Positions 39,703 through 48,645 of a stretch of 64,000 nt of DNA are shown here, piece after piece (position 1 is the stretch's first letter; every line of letters begins with the position of its first letter). The notes under the pieces are model-generated. The model was not told the origin of the DNA. It did no database searches and saw only the letters and a program-made list of their open reading frames with translations. Source of the stretch: an uncultured delta proteobacterium (lineage in GTDB: Bacteria; Myxococcota_A; Polyangia; Polyangiales; Polyangiaceae); assembly GCA_963841435.1 (NCBI GenBank), contig CAWJCS010000006.1, positions 192,001-256,000 of the forward strand. The letters run 5' to 3'. Both the position numbers and the translations under genes were made by a program.

Positions 39703-40985
39703 GGCGCTTGCTCCTGGCTGCTGCGAAGCTCGCGATCCTTGGCGGCCCAGGCGGTCGCACCGTCGGGGGCGACGGTGACGCTGTGAGCGTCCACGATGGT
39801 CACCGAGAGCTCGCCCTTCGGCGTGTCTTTGAGCGCCCAGTCGAGCGCGTCCTTCGGCGAGCCGGTGCGGACGAGCTGGTCGTAAACGCCGCGCGCGAGC
39901 AGGCGCTCGAGGATGGGCTCGCCCGAGCCGCTGACGAACACGGCGCCCGCGGAGCCGACGTACAGGGCCGCGCCGGGCACGGAGACGTCGCCCACGCGGC
40001 CCGGCAAGCTTAGCCAGGGTCCGCCGCCGCTCACGACGCCCACGAAGGTGCCGCCCGCGCAGCGAGCGAGCACTGCCACGGTGTCGCCGCCCACCGGGGC
40101 GGGCGCGCGGGGGAGCGGAGGCGGGCGCGGTGCCGACGTGGCGGGCGTCGAGGCGCGGGGCGCTGGGAGGGCGGTGGGTGCGGCGGGGCGAGGCGCGGAC
40201 GGTGCGTGCGGCACCCGGCGCGGGACGTACGCCTGCCAGACGGCGGGGGCTCCCGCGACGCCGGCGTTCGGCCAGGCGACGACGCCCGGCTCGGGCGCGC
40301 CGCCGTCCGGCGCTTGGAGCTCGGCGAGCAACGCTTTGTAGCGCGCGGTGCTCGCCTCGGTGCGCACCTCGAAGGTATCGACGCCGAGCAGGCGTGCGAA
40401 GCGCAGGGCGCCGGCGCCGGCCAGCGTGTGGTGCGGCGTGTCGGCGACAGCGCGCGCGACCTCGGAGGGGTGGCGGACATTGGTGAGCCCGGTGACCGAG
40501 CCGAATTGTCCAGCCGAGGTCATCACCGCGGCGTCGAGCTCCACGCTGCCGTCGAGCCGAAGCGCGGAGCCGATGCCGGCGTTGAGCGCCGGATCGTCCT
40601 CGAGCACGGCGACACCGGCGACGGCCGCATCCAGGCAGCTCGCGCCCGAGTCGAGCGCCTGCTCGGCGCGCTCGAGCGCGGCGGTGACGCTCGCGACCTC
40701 GCCCGGGCTCGTGCCGATGCCGGCCACGGCAACCAGCGCGACGGGGCCCGCGGGAGCCGACGCTTCCGCTGTCGCGCCGGCGTCAACGAGCGCGAGCGGA
40801 TCCGGATCGCCGGGAGGACGCGCGCTCGCCGCGCCGGAAACAGACGCGGCCGGCGCGCTCGCGCTCGGCTCGCGCCGCTCATGGGTGCTGCGAATGCGGC
40901 AGCCCGAGGTCGCCAAGAGGAGCGGTCCAAAAGCGGCCGCCACGGTCAGGAGTCGAGCCGGGTCCAAGGGACGGGCATGGTACAC
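39699..40985 (-). CDS. Isoaspartyl peptidase/L-asparaginase (Ntn hydrolase) family protein with predicted lipoprotein signal
   Basis: LEDDPALNAGIGS, ELDAAVM, GGDTVAVL and PGRVGD; LLLATSGC. Start codon uncertain. Confidence 0.85.
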   Translation of the reverse strand: MYHARPLDPARLLTVAAAFGPLLLATSGCRIRSTHERREPSASAPAASVSGAASARPPGDPDPLALVDAGATAEASAPAGPVALVAVAGIGTSPGEVASVTAALERAEQALDSGASCLDAAVAGVAVLEDDPALNAGIGSALRLDGSVELDAAVMTSAGQFGSVTGLTNVRHPSEVARAVADTPHHTLAGAGALRFARLLGVDTFEVRTEASTARYKALLAELQAPDGGAPEPGVVAWPNAGVAGAPAVWQAYVPRRVPHAPSAPRPAAPTALPAPRASTPATSAPRPPPLPRAPAPVGGDTVAVLARCAGGTFVGVVSGGGPWLSLPGRVGDVSVPGAALYVGSAGAVFVSGSGEPILERLLARGVYDQLVRTGSPKDALDWALKDTPKGELSVTIVDAHSVTVAPDGATAWAAKDRELRSSQEQAP

Positions 40986-41072
40986 GACCGGGCGCGCAGC
41001 GCAGGCTGCGTCCGGTCTGCGTAGCGGTGATTGCGGACCGAATCCGTCCGCAATTGGGGGTAGGTTCCGGGC

Positions 41073-41696
41073 ATGTCCCTCGTCCTCTTTCACCACCCGT
41101 TTTCCCGTGCTGCCGGCGTCCTGTGGATGCTGGAGGAGGTTGGGGTTCCCTACACACTCCGTTTCATCGACATCACTAGGGGTGAGCAAAAGCAGCCCGA
41201 GCTCTTGTCGCTCAATCCCATGGGCAAGTTGCCGACCCTCACCGACGGCGACACGGTGGTGAGCGAGTCGGCGGCCATCGCCCTTTATCTCGCCGATCGC
41301 TACGCGCCGGGTCGGCTCGCTCCGCCCATCGACGATCCGCGTCGCGGTCCCTACCTGCGCTGGTCGTTCTTCGCGCCCTCGGTGATTGAGCCGGGAGTGA
41401 TGGCGAAGCTCGGAAGCTGGCAATATCGCGAGAGCGCCGCCGGGTGGGGCTCACACGGCGAGATGCTCGCGGCGATGAAGAGCGCCATCACGGGCGACTA
41501 CATTCTGGGCGACAGCTTTTCGATGGCCGACGTCGTGTTCGGTGGGACGGTGCGCTACATGCTGAGGGTGGCGTCGCTCGAGCCCGATCCGGTCTTCGAC
41601 GCCTACGTCGCGCGCCTGTCGGCGCGGCCCGCGTTGAAGCGGGCGGACGAGCGCAACGCCGCAATCATCGCGGAACGCGGGTTGATGTCGAGGTAA
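41073..41696 (+). CDS. Glutathione S-transferase family protein
   Basis: NPMGKLP, SESAAI and FSMADV. Confidence 0.93.
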   Translation: MSLVLFHHPFSRAAGVLWMLEEVGVPYTLRFIDITRGEQKQPELLSLNPMGKLPTLTDGDTVVSESAAIALYLADRYAPGRLAPPIDDPRRGPYLRWSFFAPSVIEPGVMAKLGSWQYRESAAGWGSHGEMLAAMKSAITGDYILGDSFSMADVVFGGTVRYMLRVASLEPDPVFDAYVARLSARPALKRADERNAAIIAERGLMSR

Positions 41697-41759
41697 GGAT
41701 CGCGTCGCGTCGCGTCGCTTCGCTTCGCTTCGCTGGTGCGCAGGATGGCCGCGAAACGG

Positions 41760-42300
41760 AGGAAGCAGCAGCTCCCCTCGCGCTCTCCCATCGCGACTCG
41801 CCGCCAGCGCCGCTCCCCCCTTGGGCTCGCGACGGATACGACTTCTTGCGCGCCAAGCTCGCGCTCGATCCCGAGCTCGTGTGCCCCCGAGGCGCGAACT
41901 GCGTTTCGGTCTACGCCGTTCTCTCGGAGGTCCGCGCCCTGCGCGAGGCCGCGGCTCCCCTGCTCCCCGAGCTCGTCTCCTTCCTCGAGTCCAAAAGCAC
42001 CTCCCTCCACATACCGACCCTTCTGGTGTTGAAGGGCATGCGCGAGAAGGCTCGCCCCGCCGTTCCCAAGCTGGTCACTCTCCTCGGGCGCGACCCGAAC
42101 TCGGGCTCGGACGACGTCGACAGCGAGACCTTCTTCGTCCTCGAGGCGATCGCAGCGGCACGCCCTTCCCCGGCGAGCGTGAAGCGAACTCTCCTCGGCA
42201 CGGTGCGACGGGATTCGGAGCGATTCGACAACGTCGCGGCGCCACCGCGGGAGCTCCGGCCCTGGATGCTCATTGGGGGGAGGGCCGGCGCGCCGCCGAC
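41760..42300 (+). pseudogene. HEAT-repeat-like fragment
   Basis: AAAPLLPELVSFL and KARPAVPKLVTLL repeats inside ORF 41444..42493. No clean start or stop. Confidence 0.4.
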
Positions 42301-42409
42301 GCTCGGCTGCACGTCTTCGCCCACGGCGATGAGCTTCGTGGCTTGGGACCTTCTTGCGTGGCGGTGCACGCGGTGCTTGGCACGCACGGCGACGCGCCGT
42401 GCCAGCCCG

Positions 42410-44332
42410 TTACATCGACACCTGGGAACCGACCTCGACGACGCGCTGCTGCGGCAGATTGAAGAACGCCGTGGGGCGGACGGCGTTTCGTGAAAGAAAC
42501 GAAAACAGGTGCGTGCGAACGCGAGCCATCGTGCCGCGTCCCTCGGGAAGCACGAGCTCGTTTCCGAGAAAGAACGTCGTGTACGCGATGGGTGGCGTGG
42601 GGGTGTCTTCCCTGGCCAGGAGCGCAACGACGTCCGGCTGCTCCATGAAGCCGTAGCGGGCAACCACGCGCGTGAATCCGTGGCTCAATCGCTCCACCCG
42701 GACCCGCTCGCCGTCATCGACACGGGAAACTTCTTCGATGACGATGGTGAGGAGCAGGACCTGCTCGTGCACCGCGTGGTTGTGCAAGAAATTGTGCATC
42801 AGCGCCCGTGGAGTTCCTGCGGGGTTGCCCGTCATGTAGACGGCCGTGCCAGGGACCCTTAGTGCCGGCTCGACGCTCAGAAGCTCGAAGAAATCGTCGA
42901 GTGGCACCATGTTGTCCTGGACCCGTTTGCCGAGCAGCGTCCTGCCCCGATACCAGGTCGTCATGATCGTGAACACGAGGGCTCCGACCGCCAGCGGAAA
43001 CCAGCCACCCGCGAAGAGCTTGACGATCATCGATCCGAAGAACGCGACGTCGGCGCTCAGAAACACGGTCGTGACGGCGATCGATTGCCACAGCTTCCAG
43101 CCCCAGAGCCGCTGCGTGACCACGAAGGCCAAGAGCGTCGTGATCAGCATCGTCGCGGTCAGCGCCACGCCATACGCGGACGCCACGTTGGTGGAATTCC
43201 GAAATCCCACCACGACCGCGATGGTCGTCACCATCAGCAGCCCGTTCACCAGTGGAACGTAGATCTGCCCTATCTCGCGCGCCGAGGTGTGTCGGATGAG
43301 GAGCCGCGGCAAGTAGCCGAGCTGCACGGCCTGCCGCGTCAACGAGAACGATCCCGAGATGATGGCCTGGGACGCGATGATCGCGGCCAGCGTGGCGAGC
43401 AGCAGCAGCGGGTAGCGGGCCCAGGCAGGAGCCAACAGGTAGAAAGGATTGTCGACTGCTTCCGGATTGGAGAGCACGAGCGCCCCTTGACCGAAATAGT
43501 TCAGGAGCAACGCTGGGCAAACCACGGCAAACCAGTCGAGCTGGATGGCCCGCTCGTGAAAGTGCCCGAGGTCGGCGTACAGCGCCTCACCCCCGGTCGC
43601 GACCAAGAAGACGGCGCCGAGAACGAGAAACCCCGAAAGGCCATTTTCGACGAAGAAGCGCACAGCGTGGACGGGATTGACGGCCGCAAGCACGCCTGGA
43701 AAAAAAAGGATACCGCGGATCCCGAGCACGGTTAGCGCCGCGAACCAGACGAGAATGACGGGCCCGAAGACGGCGCCGATCCCGGCGGTCCCGCGCTTCT
43801 GGAACAGGAACAGCCCGACCAGGATGGCCACGCTCAACGGGACCACGTATCGGCTGAAGTCGGCGTGCCCGACCTCGAGGCCCTCCATGGCTCCCAACAC
43901 CGAGATCGCCGGCGTGAGCACGCCGTCGGCGTAGAGCAGGGCTGCTCCGAACAGGCCGAGCACGAGGACCACCGAGCGCGCCCGCCCCGTGACCTTGCCG
44001 TGTACGAGCGCCATCAACGCGAGGATCCCACCCTCGCCCCGATTGTCGGCTCTGAGCACGTACACGTGGTACTTCAGCGTCACGACCACGACGACCGTCC
44101 AGAAGATGAGCGAGAGCACACCGAGGACGTTCCCCGTCGATACCGCGACAGCGTGGGATCCGCGAAAGCACTCTCGCACGGCGTAAAGAGGGCTGGTCCC
44201 GATATCACCGTAAACGACTCCGATGGCCGCCAGGCTCAACCCGAGCAGATAGCGGCCTCTTGGCGCCTCCTCGGCGCGGCGCGCTTCGCGGGCTTCGTTC
44301 ACGGGCTCCGATCCAGCGTCGAGGTCGAGCAT
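42410..44332 (-). CDS. kup: KUP/HAK/KT potassium transporter
   Basis: GVVYGDIGTSPLY, ADNRGEGG, TPAISV and EALYADLGHF. Confidence 0.97.
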   Translation of the reverse strand: MLDLDAGSEPVNEAREARRAEEAPRGRYLLGLSLAAIGVVYGDIGTSPLYAVRECFRGSHAVAVSTGNVLGVLSLIFWTVVVVVTLKYHVYVLRADNRGEGGILALMALVHGKVTGRARSVVLVLGLFGAALLYADGVLTPAISVLGAMEGLEVGHADFSRYVVPLSVAILVGLFLFQKRGTAGIGAVFGPVILVWFAALTVLGIRGILFFPGVLAAVNPVHAVRFFVENGLSGFLVLGAVFLVATGGEALYADLGHFHERAIQLDWFAVVCPALLLNYFGQGALVLSNPEAVDNPFYLLAPAWARYPLLLLATLAAIIASQAIISGSFSLTRQAVQLGYLPRLLIRHTSAREIGQIYVPLVNGLLMVTTIAVVVGFRNSTNVASAYGVALTATMLITTLLAFVVTQRLWGWKLWQSIAVTTVFLSADVAFFGSMIVKLFAGGWFPLAVGALVFTIMTTWYRGRTLLGKRVQDNMVPLDDFFELLSVEPALRVPGTAVYMTGNPAGTPRALMHNFLHNHAVHEQVLLLTIVIEEVSRVDDGERVRVERLSHGFTRVVARYGFMEQPDVVALLAREDTPTPPIAYTTFFLGNELVLPEGRGTMARVRTHLFSFLSRNAVRPTAFFNLPQQRVVEVGSQVSM

Positions 44333-44390
44333 GGTCGAGGCCAGTCTGGCCTTCCCGTCGTCGGCGCGTTGCAAGGATTGCCGGCGCGGG

Positions 44391-44422
44391 CGTCAGGATT
44401 TCGTTAAGGGTCGTGCGTCAAG
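44391..44422 (-). promoter_or_regulatory. Putative KdpE/OmpR-type direct-repeat binding site upstream of kup
   Basis: The minus strand reads TTGACG...TTAACG-N5-CTGACG; the last pair has an 11-bp period. Confidence 0.45.
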
Positions 44423-45158
44423 CTCGCGAGCGCGGCGCGGGCGCGGGCTCTTCGTCTCTCAGCCGATATCCGACACCGGGCTCGTTCGCCAAATAGCGCG
44501 GGCGCGTGGGATCCGGTTCGATCTTGTGGCGGATCTGGCCCATGAAGACGCGCAGATACGCGGTGTGCTCCACGTATGGCGCCCCCCACACCTCTCGGAG
44601 CAGCTGGCGGTGCGTGACCACCCTGCCGGCGTGCTGGACGAGCACGGCGAGCAACTTGTACTCCGTCGGCGTCAGGTGGACTTCCTTGCCGTCCGTGAAG
44701 ACCTGGCGTCGCGCCAAGTCCACTCGAAGCGCTCCCGTTTCGAACACCGCGTCGGCGCGGTCCGAAGCCCAATCGACGACGTGCCGGAGCGCGACCCGGA
44801 TCCGTGCCAAGAGCTCGCCCGTGCTGAACGGCTTGGTCAAGTAGTCGTCGGCTCCCTCGTCGAGGGCGCGGATCTTGTCCTCGTCGCGGCCGCGCGCGCT
44901 GATGACGATGATCGGTGCGCGCGTCCATTCCCTGAGACGCGTCGTCACCTCGATGCCGTCGATGTCAGGCAGGCCAAGGTCCAGCAAGATGACGTCCGGG
45001 TTGTGGCTTCCGGCCTGCACGAGGCCGTCTTTGCCGCTCGTGGTCTCCACCACCCGGTAGTCGTGCGCCGTGAGGGTTGCGCGCAGGAATCGGAGCACCT
45101 GTGGCTCGTCGTCCACGATCAAGACCAGCGGCCGTGGCCTCCCCGTCGCTTCACCCAT
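44418..45158 (-). CDS. kdpE: KdpE response regulator
   Basis: LLDLGLPD, GADDYLTKPF, HLTPTEY and YLRVFMGQIRHKIE; overlaps kdpD. Confidence 0.93.
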   Translation of the reverse strand: MGEATGRPRPLVLIVDDEPQVLRFLRATLTAHDYRVVETTSGKDGLVQAGSHNPDVILLDLGLPDIDGIEVTTRLREWTRAPIIVISARGRDEDKIRALDEGADDYLTKPFSTGELLARIRVALRHVVDWASDRADAVFETGALRVDLARRQVFTDGKEVHLTPTEYKLLAVLVQHAGRVVTHRQLLREVWGAPYVEHTAYLRVFMGQIRHKIEPDPTRPRYLANEPGVGYRLRDEEPAPAPRSRA

Positions 45159-47862
45159 CGGAAAGCTCCGGGAGGCCGCCGTCGGGAGGCCGCCCCTCCA
45201 CGGGCAGCGTGAAGCGGACGCTGGTGCCGCCACCCGGGCGCGACGAGGCGTGGATCCGCCCACCGTGTGCGACGGCAATCGCTCGACAGATGGCCAGGCC
45301 GAGCCCGACGCCCGGCGGGCGCGTCGTGCCGTGGCCTGCGCGATAGAACTTCTCGAAGACGCGTTCCTCCTCGCCGGGGGACAGACCGGGCCCGCGATCA
45401 GCGACCTCTAGCTCGACTGACCCTGGTCCGCTCTCGGCCGTCACCTCGATCGCGGCCGTGGGCGGCGTATGTTTGGCGACGTTCTCGAGCAGGTTCACGA
45501 GCAGCTGTTCGACCAACACCGCGTCGAACGGGGCCAGCAAATCCCCGGGAACGCGCGTTTCGACCTCGCGACCTGCCAGCAGGGCGTCGACGCGATTCAG
45601 CGCGGCTCCGACGACTTCCTCGACGGATTGCCACTCTTTCGTGATGACGACCTGGCCCGATTCGAGACGCGTCATGTCGAGAACGTTGGAGATCAGCCGC
45701 TCGAGGCGATTGGTCCCCTCGACCAGTGTTTCGAGGAGCTCGCTCTGCGTGCTCGGGTCGAGCTTGTCGCGGTTGTCGGCGAGCGTGGTTGCCGCGCCCT
45801 TCATCACGGCCAGGGGGGTGCGCAGATCGTGCGAAACCGAGCTCAACAGCGTGCTGCGTAGCCGCTCGGCCTCGACGGTCACTCGGGCGCGCTCCGTTTC
45901 GCTCGCGAGCGTCGCGCGCTCGATGGCCATTGCCATTTGGGCGGCGAAGGCGTCGACCAGGCGTTGCTGCTCCGGGTCGCTGAAGCGCTCCGGGTCGTCC
46001 GCGAACGAGGCAAGGACGCCGAGCGGTTCGCCGCTGCCGCTCGAGCCCACGAGCGGCAGATAGTAGCCATCGTCGCCCGGCAAAGTGCTCGTACCGCGCC
46101 CGGCCTCGCGTCGGTTCGCCCACACCCACCCTGCGAGGTCCAGCTCGTGCGTCGCGGGAACGGCAAGCCCATCGGTCAGATAGCTGACCTCGAGCGCGCC
46201 GTCGGCCCCGCGCTGGAACAACGCTACCCTGCACTCCAGCGCCTCCTCGATATGACGCGCGGCTATCCTCGAGAGGTCGCTCGCGGCCTGGGCCCGCGAA
46301 AGCTCCCGGCTCATGGCGTACAGCATGGCGGTGCGTCGCTCCGTGCGTTGCGAGATGACCGCCTGGTCCCGAACGCGTTGGGTCAGCCCCGTGATGACGA
46401 GCGCGACCACGAGCATGACGCCGAAGGTGACGAGGTAACGCAGGTCGGCGACCGTGAACGCGTAGTACGGCGGAGTGAAGAAGAAGTCGAATGCCAGGAC
46501 CCCCAGCGTCGCCGCGAGCACCGAGGCTCCGAACCCCGTCCGCACGGACACCACGACGACCCCTAGGAGGTAGATCATCACGACGTCGGGCAGGTCGGTG
46601 CGTCCGAACAAGAGGGCGCTCACCACCGTGGCGCCGACGATGACGCCGGCCGCCGTCGCATACCCTCCTCGCCGGCGCGACGTGACACGGCTCGGGCGAG
46701 CGGGGGCATCCGTGGCGGACTCGCCGGCGGTAAAGTACACGTCGATTTCGCTTTCGCTGCCGAGGATGAGCTCGTCGACCAACGGCGTCGTGACCCGGTC
46801 CCGGAAGCGGCGCGACCGCGGCTTTCCGAGGACGATCTTGGTCACATCGTGCTCGCGTGCGAAGCGCAGGATCGTATCCGCGGCGTGCTCGGCGGCAAGC
46901 GTCACGGTTTCTGCGCCGAGCTCTTCGGCGAGCCGGAGGTTCGCGGCAGCGCGCGCACGATCGCCGGGCGGCAGCCTGAGCGTCGCCGGCGTCTCGACCA
47001 TGACCGCGTACCAGCGAGTGCGCAGGCTCGCCGCCATGCGCCGCCCGGTGCGCAACAGATCCGCGGAGTATGGGCTCGGACCGATGCAGACCAGCAGGCG
47101 GTCGCCGGCTCCCCATGCCTGCTCGACGCCATGAGCCCGGCGGTACTCGTCCATCTCCGCGTCAACGCGTTCCGCGGTGCGGCGCAGCGAAAGCTCGCGC
47201 ATCGCAATCAGGTTGCCCTTGCGGAGGAAGCTCTGGGCTGCCCGCTCTGTCCGCTCCGGGAGGTGTATCTTCCCCTCACGCAGGCGGGCGAGGAGCTTCT
47301 CCGGCGGTAGATCGATGAGCTTGATTTCGTGGGCGCCGTCGAGAATCGAATCCGGGACCGTATCGCGCACGCGTACACCCGTGATCTGGTAAACGACGTC
47401 GTTCAGGCTCTCGACGTGTTGCACGTTCAGCGTCGTGCACACGTCGATGCCTGCGTCGAGCAGCTCCTCGACGTCCTGCCAGCGCTTCGGGTGGCGCGTG
47501 CCTTCGGCGTTCGTGTGCGAAAGCTCGTCGATCAGCAGCAGCCGGGGCCGGCGCGAAAGCGCCGCGTCCAGATCGAGCTCCGGGACCTTCCGACCACCCT
47601 CGTCGAGCTCCTTGCTCTCTAGAAGCTCGAACCCGGCCAGCAGGGTCGCCGTCTCGAAGCGACCGTGCGTCTCCACGACCCCCGCGACCACGTCCACGCG
47701 CTCGACGTCGCGCTTGTAACCCGCCTCATCGAGCATCGCGAAGGTCTTGCCCACGCCCGGCGCCGCGCCGAAGTAGATCGTGAGCTGTCCGCGCGCCCGC
47801 TTGCGCTCCTCACCCTGCGCGCTCCGCAGCACAACGTCGAGGTCGGGCCGGGCCGCCGTCAT
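45151..47862 (-). CDS. kdpD: KdpD sensor histidine kinase
   Basis: GAAPGVGKT, KRWQDVEELL, Usp domain, 4 TM, GAF and SHDLRTPL. Confidence 0.97.
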   Translation of the reverse strand: MTAARPDLDVVLRSAQGEERKRARGQLTIYFGAAPGVGKTFAMLDEAGYKRDVERVDVVAGVVETHGRFETATLLAGFELLESKELDEGGRKVPELDLDAALSRRPRLLLIDELSHTNAEGTRHPKRWQDVEELLDAGIDVCTTLNVQHVESLNDVVYQITGVRVRDTVPDSILDGAHEIKLIDLPPEKLLARLREGKIHLPERTERAAQSFLRKGNLIAMRELSLRRTAERVDAEMDEYRRAHGVEQAWGAGDRLLVCIGPSPYSADLLRTGRRMAASLRTRWYAVMVETPATLRLPPGDRARAAANLRLAEELGAETVTLAAEHAADTILRFAREHDVTKIVLGKPRSRRFRDRVTTPLVDELILGSESEIDVYFTAGESATDAPARPSRVTSRRRGGYATAAGVIVGATVVSALLFGRTDLPDVVMIYLLGVVVVSVRTGFGASVLAATLGVLAFDFFFTPPYYAFTVADLRYLVTFGVMLVVALVITGLTQRVRDQAVISQRTERRTAMLYAMSRELSRAQAASDLSRIAARHIEEALECRVALFQRGADGALEVSYLTDGLAVPATHELDLAGWVWANRREAGRGTSTLPGDDGYYLPLVGSSGSGEPLGVLASFADDPERFSDPEQQRLVDAFAAQMAMAIERATLASETERARVTVEAERLRSTLLSSVSHDLRTPLAVMKGAATTLADNRDKLDPSTQSELLETLVEGTNRLERLISNVLDMTRLESGQVVITKEWQSVEEVVGAALNRVDALLAGREVETRVPGDLLAPFDAVLVEQLLVNLLENVAKHTPPTAAIEVTAESGPGSVELEVADRGPGLSPGEEERVFEKFYRAGHGTTRPPGVGLGLAICRAIAVAHGGRIHASSRPGGGTSVRFTLPVEGRPPDGGLPELSDG

Positions 47863-48037
47863 GGGTCCGATGCACCCTGACACACCTTGTATAAGGAACT
47901 TGCAAAATCAGCTGCTGGGGGGCTCCTTCGCCGCCGACCCAGCAACCGTCGGAGATTCGCCGCGCGTCAACCGGCAGACGAGCGGCGCCGCTTCAGGGGC
48001 ACCCTTTTGCGAGGGCGGTGATTGACTCGGGCCGCGG

Positions 48038-48260
48038 TCAGCGTGCGTGCTTCGCGACGCGCCAGACGCCACCCGTTTCCTGCGTGAAGTCGAGGTTGTC
48101 GGCGTCAACCGCGAGCGCGTGGGGGTTGGTGAGCGAAGAAACGATCGTGACGGCGTCGCCGCCGTCTCGCGGCGCGCTCTTGATCGAATCGCTGACGGCC
48201 CAGTACACGGACGTGTCGTCGAGGGCGAGCGCGGCGAGCGCGATGGAAGCCGGCCGGCGC
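48038..48260 (-). pseudogene. C-terminal fragment of a beta-propeller repeat protein
   Basis: ALALDDTSVYW and PHALAVDADNLDF...GGVWRVAK blades; no N-terminus. Confidence 0.6.
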
Positions 48261-48645
48261 TCGAGCCGCCAGATCGGCGCGCCGCGGAGCGACATTCCGC
48301 ACCGCAGGCCCCCTCCGGCCACGCTCGTACGGCGACTCGGAACCTAGAGGCAGAAGTGGGCGGGTGGGAGAGGGTGCCTGACGATGCCCGCATTCTCGGG
48401 GCTCGGACTCTTCATCCTCCTCGGCGGCGGTGATTCGGCGGACGCTCGTGGCCTGGCCCGCCCTACGCTTCCGTTCCGAGCACAGCGTCCAATGCTTCGG
48501 CTCGCGAGCGTCCGGAAGCAGCCCCCCGCCTCTTCGAGGATTCGTCGGGGGGGCTTCCCGTCCGGATTCGCGAGGTTGGCGTAGCGAGAGCGAATTCCTC
48601 CACGGCAGCCGATCATTTTCGTGCTCCCCCCACAAAGGCGAGACG

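Noticed and set aside
47863-48037. c-di-AMP (ydaO) riboswitch upstream of kdpD
   Set aside because: I could not recognise the conserved motif. An Rfam scan would be needed to exclude it.
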